Source: Fimicolochytrium jonesii (lineage: Eukaryota). Taken from it: a stretch of 64,000 nucleotides of DNA. The number at the start of each line of letters is the position of its first letter. Positions within the stretch are counted from its first letter, which is position 1. The position numbers and the translations under genes are program-made. Of this stretch, positions 14,259 to 27,121 are shown piece after piece. The notes under the pieces were generated by a model that did no database searches, had not been told where the DNA came from, and saw only the letters and a list, made by a program, of their open reading frames with translations. The stretch is from assembly GCF_025526975.1 (NCBI RefSeq), contig NW_026515671.1, positions 1,116,001-1,180,000 on the forward strand, read 5' to 3'.

Positions 14259-14488
14259 GGTTGTCGGTATTTCCCAGGAACTTCGGTATTGAAGAACAAG
14301 AGGGATGTCGAGTGGGAAACAGCAAAACTCGGCTCTCTTTCGCTGCGATGAGTTCCCGTTCGTTGGCCCCTGTCATTTTTTTCGGACAGATCACGTGTGG
14401 GAAATTAAATACGGCTTGTCGTCCCAAACTGGCTTTAACACCCGGGCAATTGACCAACTCCCACGCCATCAGATTCACCAACACAATC

Positions 14489-15185
14489 ATGCACGAAGAA
14501 AAGAGCAAGGACTTCCTCCAGAAGGACATTCTCGAGGCGTCGCCCTTCACAGAGGCCGTCAAGGTCGGAAGTCTCGGAGTCTTCGCGGGAGCTCTCAGCA
14601 GTGCCGCCTTTCAATGGTGGATCGCAGCACCACGGCATGAAGTGCTTAAGGAGGCCGGCAGAGGGGCGGGATTCTTCGGTGAGCACGAGAAGGCGATCCG
14701 GCTGGCACGATATAGCTGGGCTGCCTTTTTTGGGAGCCCGCCGTGGTCATTTCAGGAATTAACGCTGGTTTGGAAACTTCCGCAGGTGTTGCCGGTGCCG
14801 CGTTCTACGGAACACAAGTAGCGGTCGCACAGTTCAGGGAGAAAGACGATATGTGGAACGCGCCAGTGGGAGGAGCAGTCGTTGGTGCATTGATTGGTCT
14901 GCGATGTAAGCTATCCAGAGTGAGGTTTCTATGCGTGGCACTTTCCGAAAGATAGTGTTCTCACCGTCATCGTTTACAGCGGGAAAGCTGAGCCACGTAG
15001 TTGCGCACTCCATATTCTTACCGATCATCATCGCCGGCGCCGAATGGGCAAGGTTGGAAACATCACTTGCACGAGGCGAGAAGAAACCCGACGATGGATT
15101 CTTCAAATGGCCGCGGAGAGACCCGTACAAGCAGCGTTGGGAGGAGATTCAGAAGAAGGACCAGGAGAAGGGTGCGGCGATATAG
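14489..15185 (+). CDS. Tim17/Tim22-superfamily membrane protein, probably the complex I NDUFA11 (21.3-kDa) subunit
   Basis: Three exons encoding Gly/Ala-rich TM segments and the motif FREKDDMWNAPVGGAVVGALIGLR. Confidence 0.7.
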
Positions 15186-15422
15186 AGACGAGACGATGTT
15201 GGAGGGAAATCCTGTACACGTTGAACGATTCCCGAAAATATACCAAATTACAGCCATATCACATGCGCTTTGGTCGCCACAATCAGATCAAGGGAAGGGG
15301 AGGAGAATGAGGGCATGAAAGAGTCGATTAGTCTTCCCATCGCCACATTTTAAATAAGCCATCAAAACTACGTTCTTCGATCGAATATGTTAAGGAGAAA
15401 GGAAAGAAGGCACGGAAAATCT

Positions 15423-16541
15423 CTACTCCGCCAAGTTTGAAGACGATCCGACCTTCCGCCTGCGGCGGTTCTTCGTTCCCTCCGAGCCAGAGTCATCCCG
15501 TCCCGATCCTTCCGAGTCCGATGTGAACGGGGAGTCCGCTGCTTGTTGCTCGCCAGCAACTTGCACTGGTTCCCGACCAGAGAGCCTAGACGGAATGCTC
15601 ACCAGCAAGGAGAACACCCACAAAGGCAACCTAACCAAGGCCGTATCCTTCACCGATGGCGGAATGGCCACCAATTGAGGCGGCAGTTCACCGGTGGACG
15701 CCAGAAGTTCGATGGCGGAGGTGTTCTTGAATGCCTTACGCGAAAGGTTGGGGGAATCAGAAGCGCCTCGCTTCTTCAACTGCTTCTTCACTTGCTGGTA
15801 AGTGAGGTTGTTCACGGAAGCCTGTGCCTCCGCGACCTGACCCTTCCTCTGCTGGTATTGAATCCATGCCGACACGTATTGCACGAAACTGGATGCGACC
15901 AGAATGATGACGAAGATCCCAAAGAATCCGGGCTTGTAGTGGTTGTAATAGTAACCAGTTCCACGCCATTTGGGGATGCCGTTCCGGAGGTGGTTGTCGT
16001 AGCGTTCACGGGACTTCTCATCCTTCAAAAGGGTAGTCACTGATGTGAGGACCGTGTACAGCTCTCCGGCTTTTGGATCTAGACGAGTGAACAGTATCAG
16101 CAGATGCTAGTCCAATTCGCCGAATGCATCAATGCTTACCTGGGTTCTTGTCAGGGTGGATCGTCTTGGAGAGCTGACGGTAGGCTTTGGTTATCTCACT
16201 AACGGTGGCAGTGCGACTGCGTTGAAAACATAGAGGCGGTGGTTCATATGAGCCGTTCACTCGCAGTTCCTGCGGCAAAACGTCAAATAACTAACGTGAG
16301 GTTGAACACAGAATAGAAATCCACATCGGCCTCTGCGCTCTTCTTCAAAGCGTCGCTCAAGTCGAAGATCTGTGTAATAAGTGAGTAAGTGACATGGCAC
16401 AGAGCAACACTTTAGTCGCCAGAGACGGCGCGGCGCGGCAAGGCAAGGTACCTCATAATCGGCTTGCTCCCAGGCGAGGGCTGCTGGCACAAGGAAACAG
16501 CCCAGCAGCAGAAGGGCAAGTTGCATATGCTTGCGGAACAT
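15423..16541 (-). CDS. ER membrane J-domain co-chaperone (Erj5/DNAJC1-like)
   Basis: Signal peptide, then AWEQADYE|IFDL, J domain KAYRQLSKTIHPDKNP, RERYD..L.NGIPKWRGTGYYY, and a TM segment. Confidence 0.88.
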
Positions 16542-16835
16542 TTTGGCTGTTGACAACGAATGCACAACTTGCCGAAATGGGCTGTAAAACGAACTTGGAG
16601 GCTTTGGAAACGCCAGATCGAAAATGGGCAGCCACAACCTCGCGTCGTCCGACTCATTCGACTCTGGCAAACAGTGAAACCCAAAGAGGGCATCTATAGG
16701 AAGACGGTAACCTTTCGTAGCACGCAAGCGAGTCCAAGCGCCGGTATTCGGCGCCATTACTGTAGTTCTGAGACGAGGCCTACAGCGGCATACAGCGGTG
16801 CGGTGGACGCGACTGCCGACCACATCTTGAAGATC

Positions 16836-19800
16836 ATGTCTCGTGAGACCGTTTTACAAGCTTATGCTCTTGGCCCTCCAACGGCAACTGCTTTGATAGC
16901 AGAGACGGTATCACAGACGGTGCACTGCGGGGAAGTAACCTTCCGACAGGATACGTTTACCTATGGCGAGCTGCAGAGCAAAGTTGCGGCCTTAGTGAAG
17001 ATCTTGATGGCCATAGGCGTAAGGCACTCACTTTCCGCTGGGCGGGGTATGCGGGTCGATAAATGACGATGATTTCAGATCAGGCAATTTAGCTACGTGG
17101 GAGTCGTCTTGGAAGCCTCCGCAAACCTCGTCGTCGCATTATTGGGGTGGGTTTAGCATAGAAAGCGTAGTTGAGATATAACGGCTGATATAGAAGACTG
17201 TATAGCGTACTACAGATGCATGCCACCTATTTGCCTCTCGCCACCGGGTTTCGTTCCCTCTCCCACACTGCCGCCATCTTGATTAAAATGGACATGGTTC
17301 ATTATATCATAAGCGCGGACGAGTACGCAAAGGTTTGGACACGCAGCAATCCCCAACAGATTTGATCCGTCAGTTGACGCTCCGGTCCCCGCAGAAACTC
17401 CTAGATGAGTTGGGCCCTAATACTCAAGTCAGAGATCTGGACGACGTTCTTCCGGGCTGCAAATTACTGCTCAGAACTGGATCCAATGATGGTATGCGGC
17501 CTTCAATCTATTCTAGCCCTCGCGGGTCAGACATTTGTGCCTTTCTCACGGGTCATACAGAAGACCATGAAACCCAATATCAACACCGGAACCTGGCTTA
17601 TATCATACGGACATCGGGGACAACTAGGAAAGGAGCGGGAGGTGTTTCCGTCCGCGTTCCCGCCAGATCCATCATCAGCAATGTTTGCGCCATCGGGTAG
17701 AGCTGCTCCATCCAAGATTCCCGCACCGTGTCCTGCTAGATCTCACATGACACCGTCTACCCAGCAATCGCTTAGGAATGACAAAAAAAGATCCTCCAGT
17801 CATGGCTTTGGTGTCGGCGCCCACCTTTGATCCGCACCTTATCGAAATCCTGCTGCCCTTGTATTTGCACGGAAAGATTTTCATCCCCTCAAGATGGACG
17901 CTCCAAAACCCGACAGCCTTTCCGGCAGCTCTTCGCAGACACTCGATTACCCATCTGTCGATGACACCGTCGTTATTCTTGAGATTCCCACTTGCCGATC
18001 AGAGGCTGATACTCAGTGGCGAAACTGCCGCTAGGGCCGTCATCTTGGGTGGTGAAGCGTTTCCAGCTGGACTGACTGAGGTCACGCGGCAAGCAAACTC
18101 GGCTGTCGAACTGTGGAACATTTATGGGACCACCGAATGCTCCGTGTGGGCTACATTGCAACGGGTGGATAAGCAAGTGGGAATCGGATATGCGTTGGAT
18201 GATACGCAGGTGGAAGTCCGGGAAGTTGTAAATGGGGTCGGAGAACTATGGATAGGCGGAATTGAACGGGTCTGTTTCGTGGGCGATGAAATCGAAGGAA
18301 AAATGTAAATATTGTGCCTCACATCGTATCTGTACCAGCATCAGCTCACCTCACGTACTTAATTCCCAGCTTGCGGAATACAGGAGATCTAGTCCGAGTT
18401 GATGAAGCTACCGGCATCACCTCGTACGTGGGCCGGCAAGACAGTCAAATCAAGATATCTGGCTATCGCGTGAACACCGAGATGATAGCCGCCGCGATTG
18501 AGTCTGTGGAGGGTGTCGCCCGCAGTGAGTGGGTAGCATGTACCAACTCTCGCATACGTGGGCTATGACGTTTACCGCGTCCTGTTTCCAGAGTCCTTTT
18601 CGCCAAGACCACAGCCGTCGAGGCAGATGGGTCGTTGAACTCGTCCAAAGGTTCGCTTGTAGGCTTCGTTGTGCTGCAGGGGTCACTTGATCAAGATGGT
18701 GGGTGAGATGGAATGGCCGATATCAACAAAGCGCAACATCTCATGTTTCAACGAGAAGAAATTTTGCGAAGAATTCGAAAGCATTTGGAGTCCGCACTTC
18801 CACTCTATGCAAGACCAGACGACTTTATTTTCATCAACGAGCTTCCGATGACGCCGCACGGAAAGGTAAGGTAAATAGGCCGCATACCAAGAGACTCGAA
18901 ATGCTGACGATTGATCCAAATCAGGCAGACCGAGTGAAGCTCTGGGAATATCTTAACGAAAGGTCTGCGTTTGGTCTTCCACCTCATGCTCTGGCATCAC
19001 CCCCATCCATCGCAGAGATGCACGCGAAGCTCTCGAACATCGTACGAGATCGGCTCGGGATTGAAATTGGAAGCGAAAGACCATGGTGGTTTCTCGCACA
19101 AGGCGGCACAAGTATTGATGCGGTCCTAGTCGCCGGTGACTTGCGCAGATGGTTAGGTGAGATATGGAGGTATGCTTGTTCCGTCATCCTAAGGTTACTG
19201 AGGGTGGGCAAAAAAGGAACTCTCAAGCCGATTGCATCGGAAAACAGCATCCCATCTGAGGAAAGGTGCGCCGAATTTGTGTTGTAGTCATCGTGCCGAT
19301 GCGTTCCGCTAAGGTTCTCATTCTGCATTCCCGTGACAGATTGTTGAGAGCTCTCCTTCATGATAGCAACGATGGCATCGTGCGCTTTCTGGCGTCCAGT
19401 TTGTCGGCTTCTAGGCACCAAATCCCAGAGGCGGAGAGCACCCAGTCGACAACACAGACCGCAACAACACTTTTTCGAGCTACTGAAGATGAATCGGATG
19501 AAACCGGATCTCAACCACCACCTAAACGCAGACGGTTTGGAGAGACCTGCAGGATGTATGGCCGCGGGATGAACTCTACTGATTTAGCTAGCAGTGCCCT
19601 GGGCGGTGATGGGGCGGCAAGTCATACACAGCCATCTATGGACATTCGATGGCGGGTGGACCTCAAAAAATGCGTCGATGCCTCACCAGTCATCTGCATC
19701 CGAAGCGCCGAAGGGGCGAGAACACTCATAGCATACATTGGCTCTCACGCCGGCCGATTCGTTGCCATCGACGTCGAAAGCGGCGTAACGAGGTGGACTG

Positions 19801-20749
19801 CACAACTACAAGACCGGATTGAAAGCTCGGCATGCATTACAAACGATGGGAAACTGGTCATTGTCGGATGTTATGATGGCAAGATCTACGCTATGTCGAC
19901 GGAAACCGGGGAGATCATGGCTACTTTCACGACGGGGGCGGAGGTGAAGTGCTCACCAATAGTGGAACAAGAGACAAACTATATATGGGTTGGATCTCAT
20001 GACCATCACCTGTACTGTCTTGAGCTTCTTCCGGCAATGAATGCTGATGCTGCTCTGCGAGTCATTGACAAGTGGAGTGTCGGAGCTTCTGTCTTTGCCT
20101 CCTGTGCGGTCGATCGAACTCGAAGGTACGTCGCACGTGTATCCATGTGCAGCCTGAGTCTTACGCCTTGCATCTTTTCAGGAACGTTTTCGCATGCACC
20201 TTGGGCGGGGCGGTCTTGTGCTTCACATCGAGCTCAAACACTTCACCTGCACTCAAGTGGACGACTCATGTTCCGTCGAAGAAACCCATCTTTGCCTCAC
20301 CAGCTGTATCCGAAGCACACGGCACGGTCATTGTAGCGTCCGTCGACAACTTCGTCTACTGCTTCAACACCCATGACGCTTCGATACTATGGACGTTCAA
20401 ATGCGGTGGGCCAATCTTCTCATCTCCATGCTTGGCAAGCACCACTGTCTACGTTGGATGTCATGACAACAGCGTACGATGTCTGTCCTTGTTGACCGGG
20501 GAGATACAGTGGCAGGCGATGATGAAGGATGGTGGAGTCTATGCAACTCCGTACATAAGCCCGTATGGATTGGTCTGCGCTACGATGAAGGGGGGCCTGA
20601 TGGTCTTGGATAGCGCGAATGGAAAAATGCAGGCATTATTGACAGTAGGAGGCGAAGCAGGCGTCTTTTCCTCTCCTGTTTGCGTTGGCGAATGGGTCGT
20701 GCTTGGGAGTCGAGACAACGGTGTATATGGGATTTCTTTGGCGCAGTGA
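16836..20749 (+). CDS. AASDH: AASDH/ACSF4-like NRPS-type enzyme: adenylation + thiolation + PQQ-like beta-propeller domains
   Basis: A-domain motifs AYIIRTSGTT, GGE, NIYGTTE, TGD, GRQDSQIKISGYRV and PMTPHGK. Carrier-Ser motif FLAQGGTS. Propeller WRVDLKKCVDASP...IESSA...VGCYDG...EVKCSP...VFSSP...GSRDN. Confidence 0.88.
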
Positions 20750-20978
20750 ATCAAAGAACAGTGTGTATTGCTCATTCAAGTCCTGTAAACCCCATCCTTG
20801 TCAGACTAACCTCTTAACTTATCTTTGATGGGGAGTGCACATACACAGGACGCGACGTTACCGGATACATAAGTTCATATGTTCCGACCTATGGGGAAAG
20901 GGGAGAACACCTCAAACTTTATATGGCTTCAACTAATGCTAAAAGCACGAAAGCCATGCATTCCAACATCACCGGACA

Positions 20979-22392
20979 CTATTCGTCGTCTTCATAGGCA
21001 TATTTGGGATGCAGTGCTCTCTTCTCCTCCTAAAGGGGCACGAGCAAATGAGTGTTAGTTTTCGGCAAGTTGAAAATTTGATGATTTAGAAAAACTTACC
21101 ACCGAGATCTCGTTATCCGAGTAGATCAAGTAGGTTCCACGTTGTTCTTTTGGTGCGGGTACCGTCTGCGCCTTGGCTTCCACCGATGCCATAGTGGCGT
21201 TCTCGGCTGTGTCCGTTGGGACGGTCGTCGCTGACACCGGGGCAGGGCTGTGAACATTGACATGCGGAGGTGGCTGGCTATACGCACCATATTGAGACCC
21301 GGGAGGCGGTCCAGCATTGGGCGGGAACCCAGGCCCAGGAGGAGGTCCAGCATTGGGCGGAAACCCAGGTCCAGGAGGAGGTCCATTTTGATATGGCGGC
21401 GCTCCAGGACCTTGAGACGGTGGAAGTGGCCGTGGTGGTAAAGGCATTGGTGGCCGTGGGCCCCACTGGAGATTCGGCGGAGGACCATTTTGATTTGGTG
21501 GACCTGGATACGGACCTTGTGGAAAACCCATTGGCGCGCCAGGAGGAGGTCCCATCATTGGCGGCATGCTGTGAAAACGTCAGCTCACGGTCTCTCTTTT
21601 GAGCTCAATTAATGACACCCCGCAATACGTACCCTGGACGCGGAGGGAAGGGAGGGAAGTGTGGGAAACCTTGCGGCGGAGGCATACCGTAAGGCATGGG
21701 TGGGGGCGCGCCGTACGGTTGCTGGAACCCGAAGGGAGGTGGGTGTTGAGGATATCCTCCGCCAGGAAATCCAGGACCACCGGGGTATGGTTGCGGGGCC
21801 CCATATGGAGGTTGCGGGGGTCCACCTTGCATACCCGCGGGTGGAGCTTGAGGTGCACCTCCAAAGACGGTCAGCTGTTGCTGTTGCTTTTTAAATTCCG
21901 CCATCTGCTTTTGGATCTGCTCGGGTGTGAGGGCGCCCAGGTCCGTCCTCTGCTTCTTGGACGCATTGCCTCCTCCTTGAATTTTGTTTATATGAGCTTG
22001 GAGATCTTCTTCCGGTACACCAACCATTCCAAATATCTCGATATCCACCGAATCACGACCGGGTAACGCGTTATTTACACTGGAGACGGAATACGTCAGC
22101 CATGCCACCCCCAGGATCTTTGAAACTACCCATACTCACGTCGTGCATGGTTGTTTATGAACTTGCTGCATGTGAATCACCATTCCGTTCGCAGTGTTGA
22201 GCTTTTTCCCACACTCTGTACACTTGTAGTGCTTGATACGCTGGTGATCTATCAAGACCTTCTCGTCTTCGAATTCGCGATCACAGTACCAGCACCAAGG
22301 CTTCATCTCCTTTCTCTTTTTCTGCAACACTATGACGGTTATATTCTAGAGTTTGGTATCTTCAAGAAAAACGAAGATCCCACCTTGCCCAT
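20979..22392 (-). CDS. ZNF207: C2H2 zinc-finger protein ZNF207/BuGZ
   Basis: 9-nt first exon MGK, then [59 protein letters not shown], a Pro-rich middle, and GLEBS-like [15 protein letters not shown]. Confidence 0.92.
21302..21385 (-). repeat. Coding tandem repeat, 36-bp unit x2.3 ([12 protein letters not shown]) in ZNF207
   Basis: ggaggcggtccagcattgggcgggaacccaggccca followed by ggaggaggtccagcattgggcggaaacccaggtcca and a partial third copy ggaggaggtcca. Confidence 0.85.
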
Positions 22393-22744
22393 CTTTCTCG
22401 TTAGGCGATAATGGCTTTTAAAGGTACGACCCACAAATGAAGCAGTTATGCGAAATGGTTCTTCCTTGTGCTTGCTCCGAGCCGCCCCGCTGCCGAAGAC
22501 AGCGATCGAAAGGTGGGCTTCGTTTTGACGTTTGCTTAGTTCTTCTCGGGATCTATTCCCGACGAGGGAAAGTCAGAGGTCAAGGGTCTTGAGCATTTTG
22601 CCGGAGCTCCTCACGTGGGCTGCCTTGTCCATTTAAAGATCGTCTTCTCTCCCCTCCCAGCCCTCCCTCATTCGAGACGAACAACTTTTCATCCCCCACT
22701 GCAAGAGTACACACACATATAATAGTTCAACTTCTTATTCCATA

Positions 22745-25700
22745 ATGAACGCAGCTGCTCAGCAGGGTGTCGGAGGGGAACCAGTAACGACCGACTTTAG
22801 CTCCGAACCGCACACGCCTGTACTTACCCACGGAACTCAGAACACGGCGCCGACCTCTAAGGGACATGATTCCGCCAGGGCGGGCGAGTCAGCAGAACCT
22901 GCTCGTGGTGGTCGTCCTATTGACGCAGAAAGTGGGTCCCGGGAGCAAGCAGCCGGTAGGAACCACAGAACGGAAAAGGTTGACAAGCTGCGCCAAAGAG
23001 CACTTGAGAATTGTTGGGACGTGGAAGCCTGGACAGCTTGGCTCACCGAAGCGCATGGACGTGGGGACGAAACTGGAATACGAGAAGCGTACGAAGGCCT
23101 TTTGGAACAGTTTCCCACCGCCGTAAGAATTCACTTGTTTGGTTTTTGGCTTTCGTGAAGGTCGACTCACGCACACTTTCTATAGGTCAAATACTGGTTG
23201 GCATACATAGATTTCGAGCAGAAGCATCGCGCTTTCAATAAAGTCGAAGCGTTGTTTGGGAGATGTCTTAGGAGTGTACCGGCGGTGGAGCTGTGGAGGG
23301 CTTACGTGAACTATGTGCGAAGGATACACTCGCCGTCGAACGCTCCGCCGGAAAGCAAGCTGGAATCCCGCAACACGATTTTGAAGGCTTACGAGTCTGT
23401 TCTTCAAAATGTTGGCAACGACAAAGACGCCGGTCACATTTGGAGCGACTACATCAACTTCATCAAGAGTGGAGAGGTATGTGTTGCGCCTTTAGGCCGG
23501 AAGATGGACGCGCTAGCAAGCACGGGCACTAGGTGGCTGCAGAATGTGGTTGAGCTTTTACGCATATTGGGAAAATACATGATGCTCTTCTGCAAAACCG
23601 TTCACGTCCTGGAACTTGCCGCATTTTTTCGTGATTATGGGCCGTCTCACATTTGGGATAATGTCGGCCTTGTGAGCGCCGACGGTCGCGGGGTATTCCT
23701 TCCTGCCGCGTCCACTGCAGCCTTCATCTTTCGTTGTAGAAAAACATAGGTTGGGCTTGTTGAGCTTTTGATACAACGTTCTGAACTTCCGATCCTTCAT
23801 CGGTAGACGACGTCAATATATGAGGACCAGCAACAAATGGACTCGCTCCGACGTGCATATCATCGTGCCATATGGATCCCTTTGACAAACATAGAACAGC
23901 TCTGGAAGGATTATGATACCTTCGAGAATGGTCTCAATAAACTCACGGTACGAGGCTATCTCCACCGTATTTGCATCATGAAAATATCTAATCCAGGGCT
24001 TCCAGGCCAAGAAATTTTTGTCGGAAAAGTCCGCCGGGTATATGACAGCGAGAACTGCACTTCGAGAGTTGAAGCACCTTTTGGAGCCCATAGAAAAGGC
24101 TCAAAGGACATGGATGGCAAAACCTCCTAGTTGGACAGAGAAGCATGTGCAAATCGTGAGTTGAGCACGTCAATAATCAAGATGTGGAACATGTCCTAAT
24201 CCGGATGATAGTTAGCAGCTTGGAAGAAGTATATTGCCTGGGAGAAAGCGAACCCGCTACGCCTGGAAGATAAGAACGGGTGGATCAGCAGAGTGACGTT
24301 CGCATACAGATCCGCTCTGCTGATGTTGCGATTCTACCCGGAAATCCAGTGAGTTACCGCGGTGAACACCCGTTGTGCAAGTTCGCTATGTTGATCGATT
24401 GCTAGTTATGATGCGGCTATGTTTTTGAAGAGCGTGGGGCGGACCGAGGAGGCTGCCACAATGTTGAAAACCGGAGCTGATACTCTGCCAACAAGGTTCG
24501 GTCTTTGGAATCATTCGGATAATAATAGGAATACTAAACGATATCTCTTTCCAGTCTTCTGTTGAACTTATCATTTGCCGAGCTTGAAGAATCTCGCAAG
24601 AAGGATTTCGCGGAGATTGCCAAAATATTCGAGAAGCTGATCACCCAATTAGAAGCGGAAATCGACCAGATTAATAAACGATACGACGCCGAGCGGGAGT
24701 CGCTGCTACAGAGTTTACAGCAAGGTGATGATATTTCCGGCGCGGATGACTGGGATGGAGAGCGAAGAGAACGAGAGCGCGAAAAGCAAAAGGTCCGACA
24801 GCAAGAAGTTGAAGAGAAAGTGGAAGAGCGGCGGAAGAAGGATGTGCAAGACATTAAAGAAGCGCTTGCACTCGTATATGTAACCTATATGCGTACATCG
24901 AGACGAGCCCAAGTAGGTCTGCATGAAGCGAATTTTTGGGTGACGGTGCACTCATCGGCCTTTTTTTATCTGTCGACAACAGAGCATCAATGCGGCTCGT
25001 CTCATATTCACAAAGGCACGGAAAAGCCCCCTTTGCACATATCATGTCTGGGTTGCGGCAGGTAGGACAGTCAGTGCGATTCGCCAGCTATTTGTGATGG
25101 GCAATAATACTCTTTTCGCACCAGGCTTGATGGAATACTACAGTAATAAAGACGCAAATGTGGCCGGCCGCGTTTTTGAGATTGGCCTCAAAACCTTTAA
25201 TCCGGCCGAACATCCACACGCGCCAGACTTCATCTTGCACTACCTGGACTTTCTTATCCATCTTAATGACGATAATAGTATGTGAACCCCGGTCGTTTTC
25301 GTGATTCCTAATCTGGCGCTGAACAGGCAATGCTGCAGACACACGTGCATTATTCGAACGGGCACTAGCAGCATTACCGCCCCAGAGAGCGAAGCCTGTG
25401 TGGGCGAAACTGCTGGCGTATGAAACGGAGAATGGCGACTTGGCAAATGTGTTGAAAACCGAGACAAGGCGTGCGGAGGCGTATCCTGAAGGTGCGGACA
25501 TTTTAGTGCGCTTGTGCATCTCTACTTCCGCTGACAGTGGCACTCCATATAGATCAGAAGAATCCTCTGGCGACCTTGAATGTCGTAGCAGAAAGGTGGA
25601 GCTTTCTTGGGATTGACCATGTTGGGGAAACCGAATTAGGTTTATCAGGTGCGTTTTATCGAATATCTCGATCACATCCAACGATCTCTGAGAGTCGAAC

Positions 25701-26751
25701 GCCGAATCATAGCACAAAAGGCAATATACAGCGGCGGAGCCATTCCAAACCCAGCCCCGTCCCAGGCAGCGGCAGCGGCCACCCAGAGTAAGGCCGTTGC
25801 CGACGACCGTAGCGGTGGACGTCGCTTCCAGAGCCTCGAATCGTACCATCCAGAGAGGTACCCACGGCCGGATATGGCCAAGTGGGTCAGTTATAAACCC
25901 GAGCCAACCCCCGCAAATGCGCAACAGCAGCTGCAGCAAGAAAACGCCGGAGGTCAGATTTCGGCTACTGGAAGTCCGCGGCCCCCCCCGGCTAGCCTTA
26001 ACGCAGTCGACAAACGAGGCCCTGGCGCGATGGTGCCGGAAGCTGTTGCGAGGCTGCTGTCCGTCTTACCTGCGGCGGCTCTGTACAATGGTGGGTTTAG
26101 CTTTATGTGCCTCGATCGGAATTTGGCGCCTCAATGATTTCCTCTCAATCGATCAGGCCCAACACTGCCAGTCCATGACATTATCGACCTGTTCCGCCAG
26201 ATCCCGCTGCCAATACCTCCAAATCCGCCAACGATGGTTCACGTGCCCTTCATCTCGAGACAACCCGCTGTAGCTTCCCGAGGAGAATCACCGGTGGATC
26301 GCTCAGATCGATTTGACCGAGTGCCATCTGGACCATTCAGACCGCGGGGATATGCACAGCCCCTAGGGGACAGAGGCTATGGTGGGGGTCGCATGGGAGA
26401 TAGAGATGACCGCGGGCGTGGAAGAGGGCGCGGAAGGGTGAGTGGAGTTGTTGGAGATCAGATAAATAGGTCGAGGGACCGCAACTAATACTTGTACTCG
26501 GCGCATCAGGGATCAACGAGACCAGACGTGGGCGGTCCACGAACAGGAATGAAACGGAGAGGTTTCGATGACGATGCTGGTTATGAAGGTTAGAGAGACT
26601 ATTGATATGCCCCCCAAAGCCGAACTCGTTCTCTAACATTTCCCTGGTAATAGGACCAGCACAGAATCGACCCCCGGAGAACGACATATTCCGCACACGG
26701 CATCAGTTCAAACGAATGCGAGAAACGCAAGATGGCAGCGGTGCGCATTAG
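22745..26751 (+). CDS. RNA14: mRNA 3'-end processing factor RNA14/CstF-77 (HAT repeats), multi-exon
   Basis: [85 protein letters not shown], and C-terminal DIFRTR. Confidence 0.93.
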
Positions 26752-27121
26752 AATAGTGCTTGTATATGATGAAAGGGTATGTTTACATCTATAGACTATG
26801 GCATCGTGCTAGTTGACCACCTCCCTCCTTCCTGATACCTTACGCCAAAACCTGAATCTCTTGCTTTTCTCATTGGGCCTAATATATCACTTTGCCATCA
26901 TTATACGTCATATCTGCTACCTCCGGGCTGTGGTGTGGTTAAGCGTGAGCGTCCATCCATTTGCACGCTTTGCGCTGAGGATTCGTTGATGTGAACGAGT
27001 ATGAACAATATTAACAGTTATGCAGAATCAAAAACAGAAACAGATGACACGAATGAATGACGGTGAGTAAATACAGTGTACAGATGTGTAGAAGATCGCA
27101 TAGGATAGAAGCTTTCGTCCT

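Noticed and set aside
15423..22392. Secondary-metabolite gene cluster around the NRPS-like AASDH gene
   Set aside because: The flanking genes are an ER J-protein and ZNF207. There are no adjacent tailoring enzymes, transporters or cluster regulators.
23690..23760. U17/snR30, RNase P/MRP or TPP riboswitch inside the RNA14 intron
   Set aside because: GTATTCCTT and AAAACAT only loosely resemble the U17 m1/m2 motifs and lack the flanking stem. I found no CR-I/CR-V pair and no TPP consensus.
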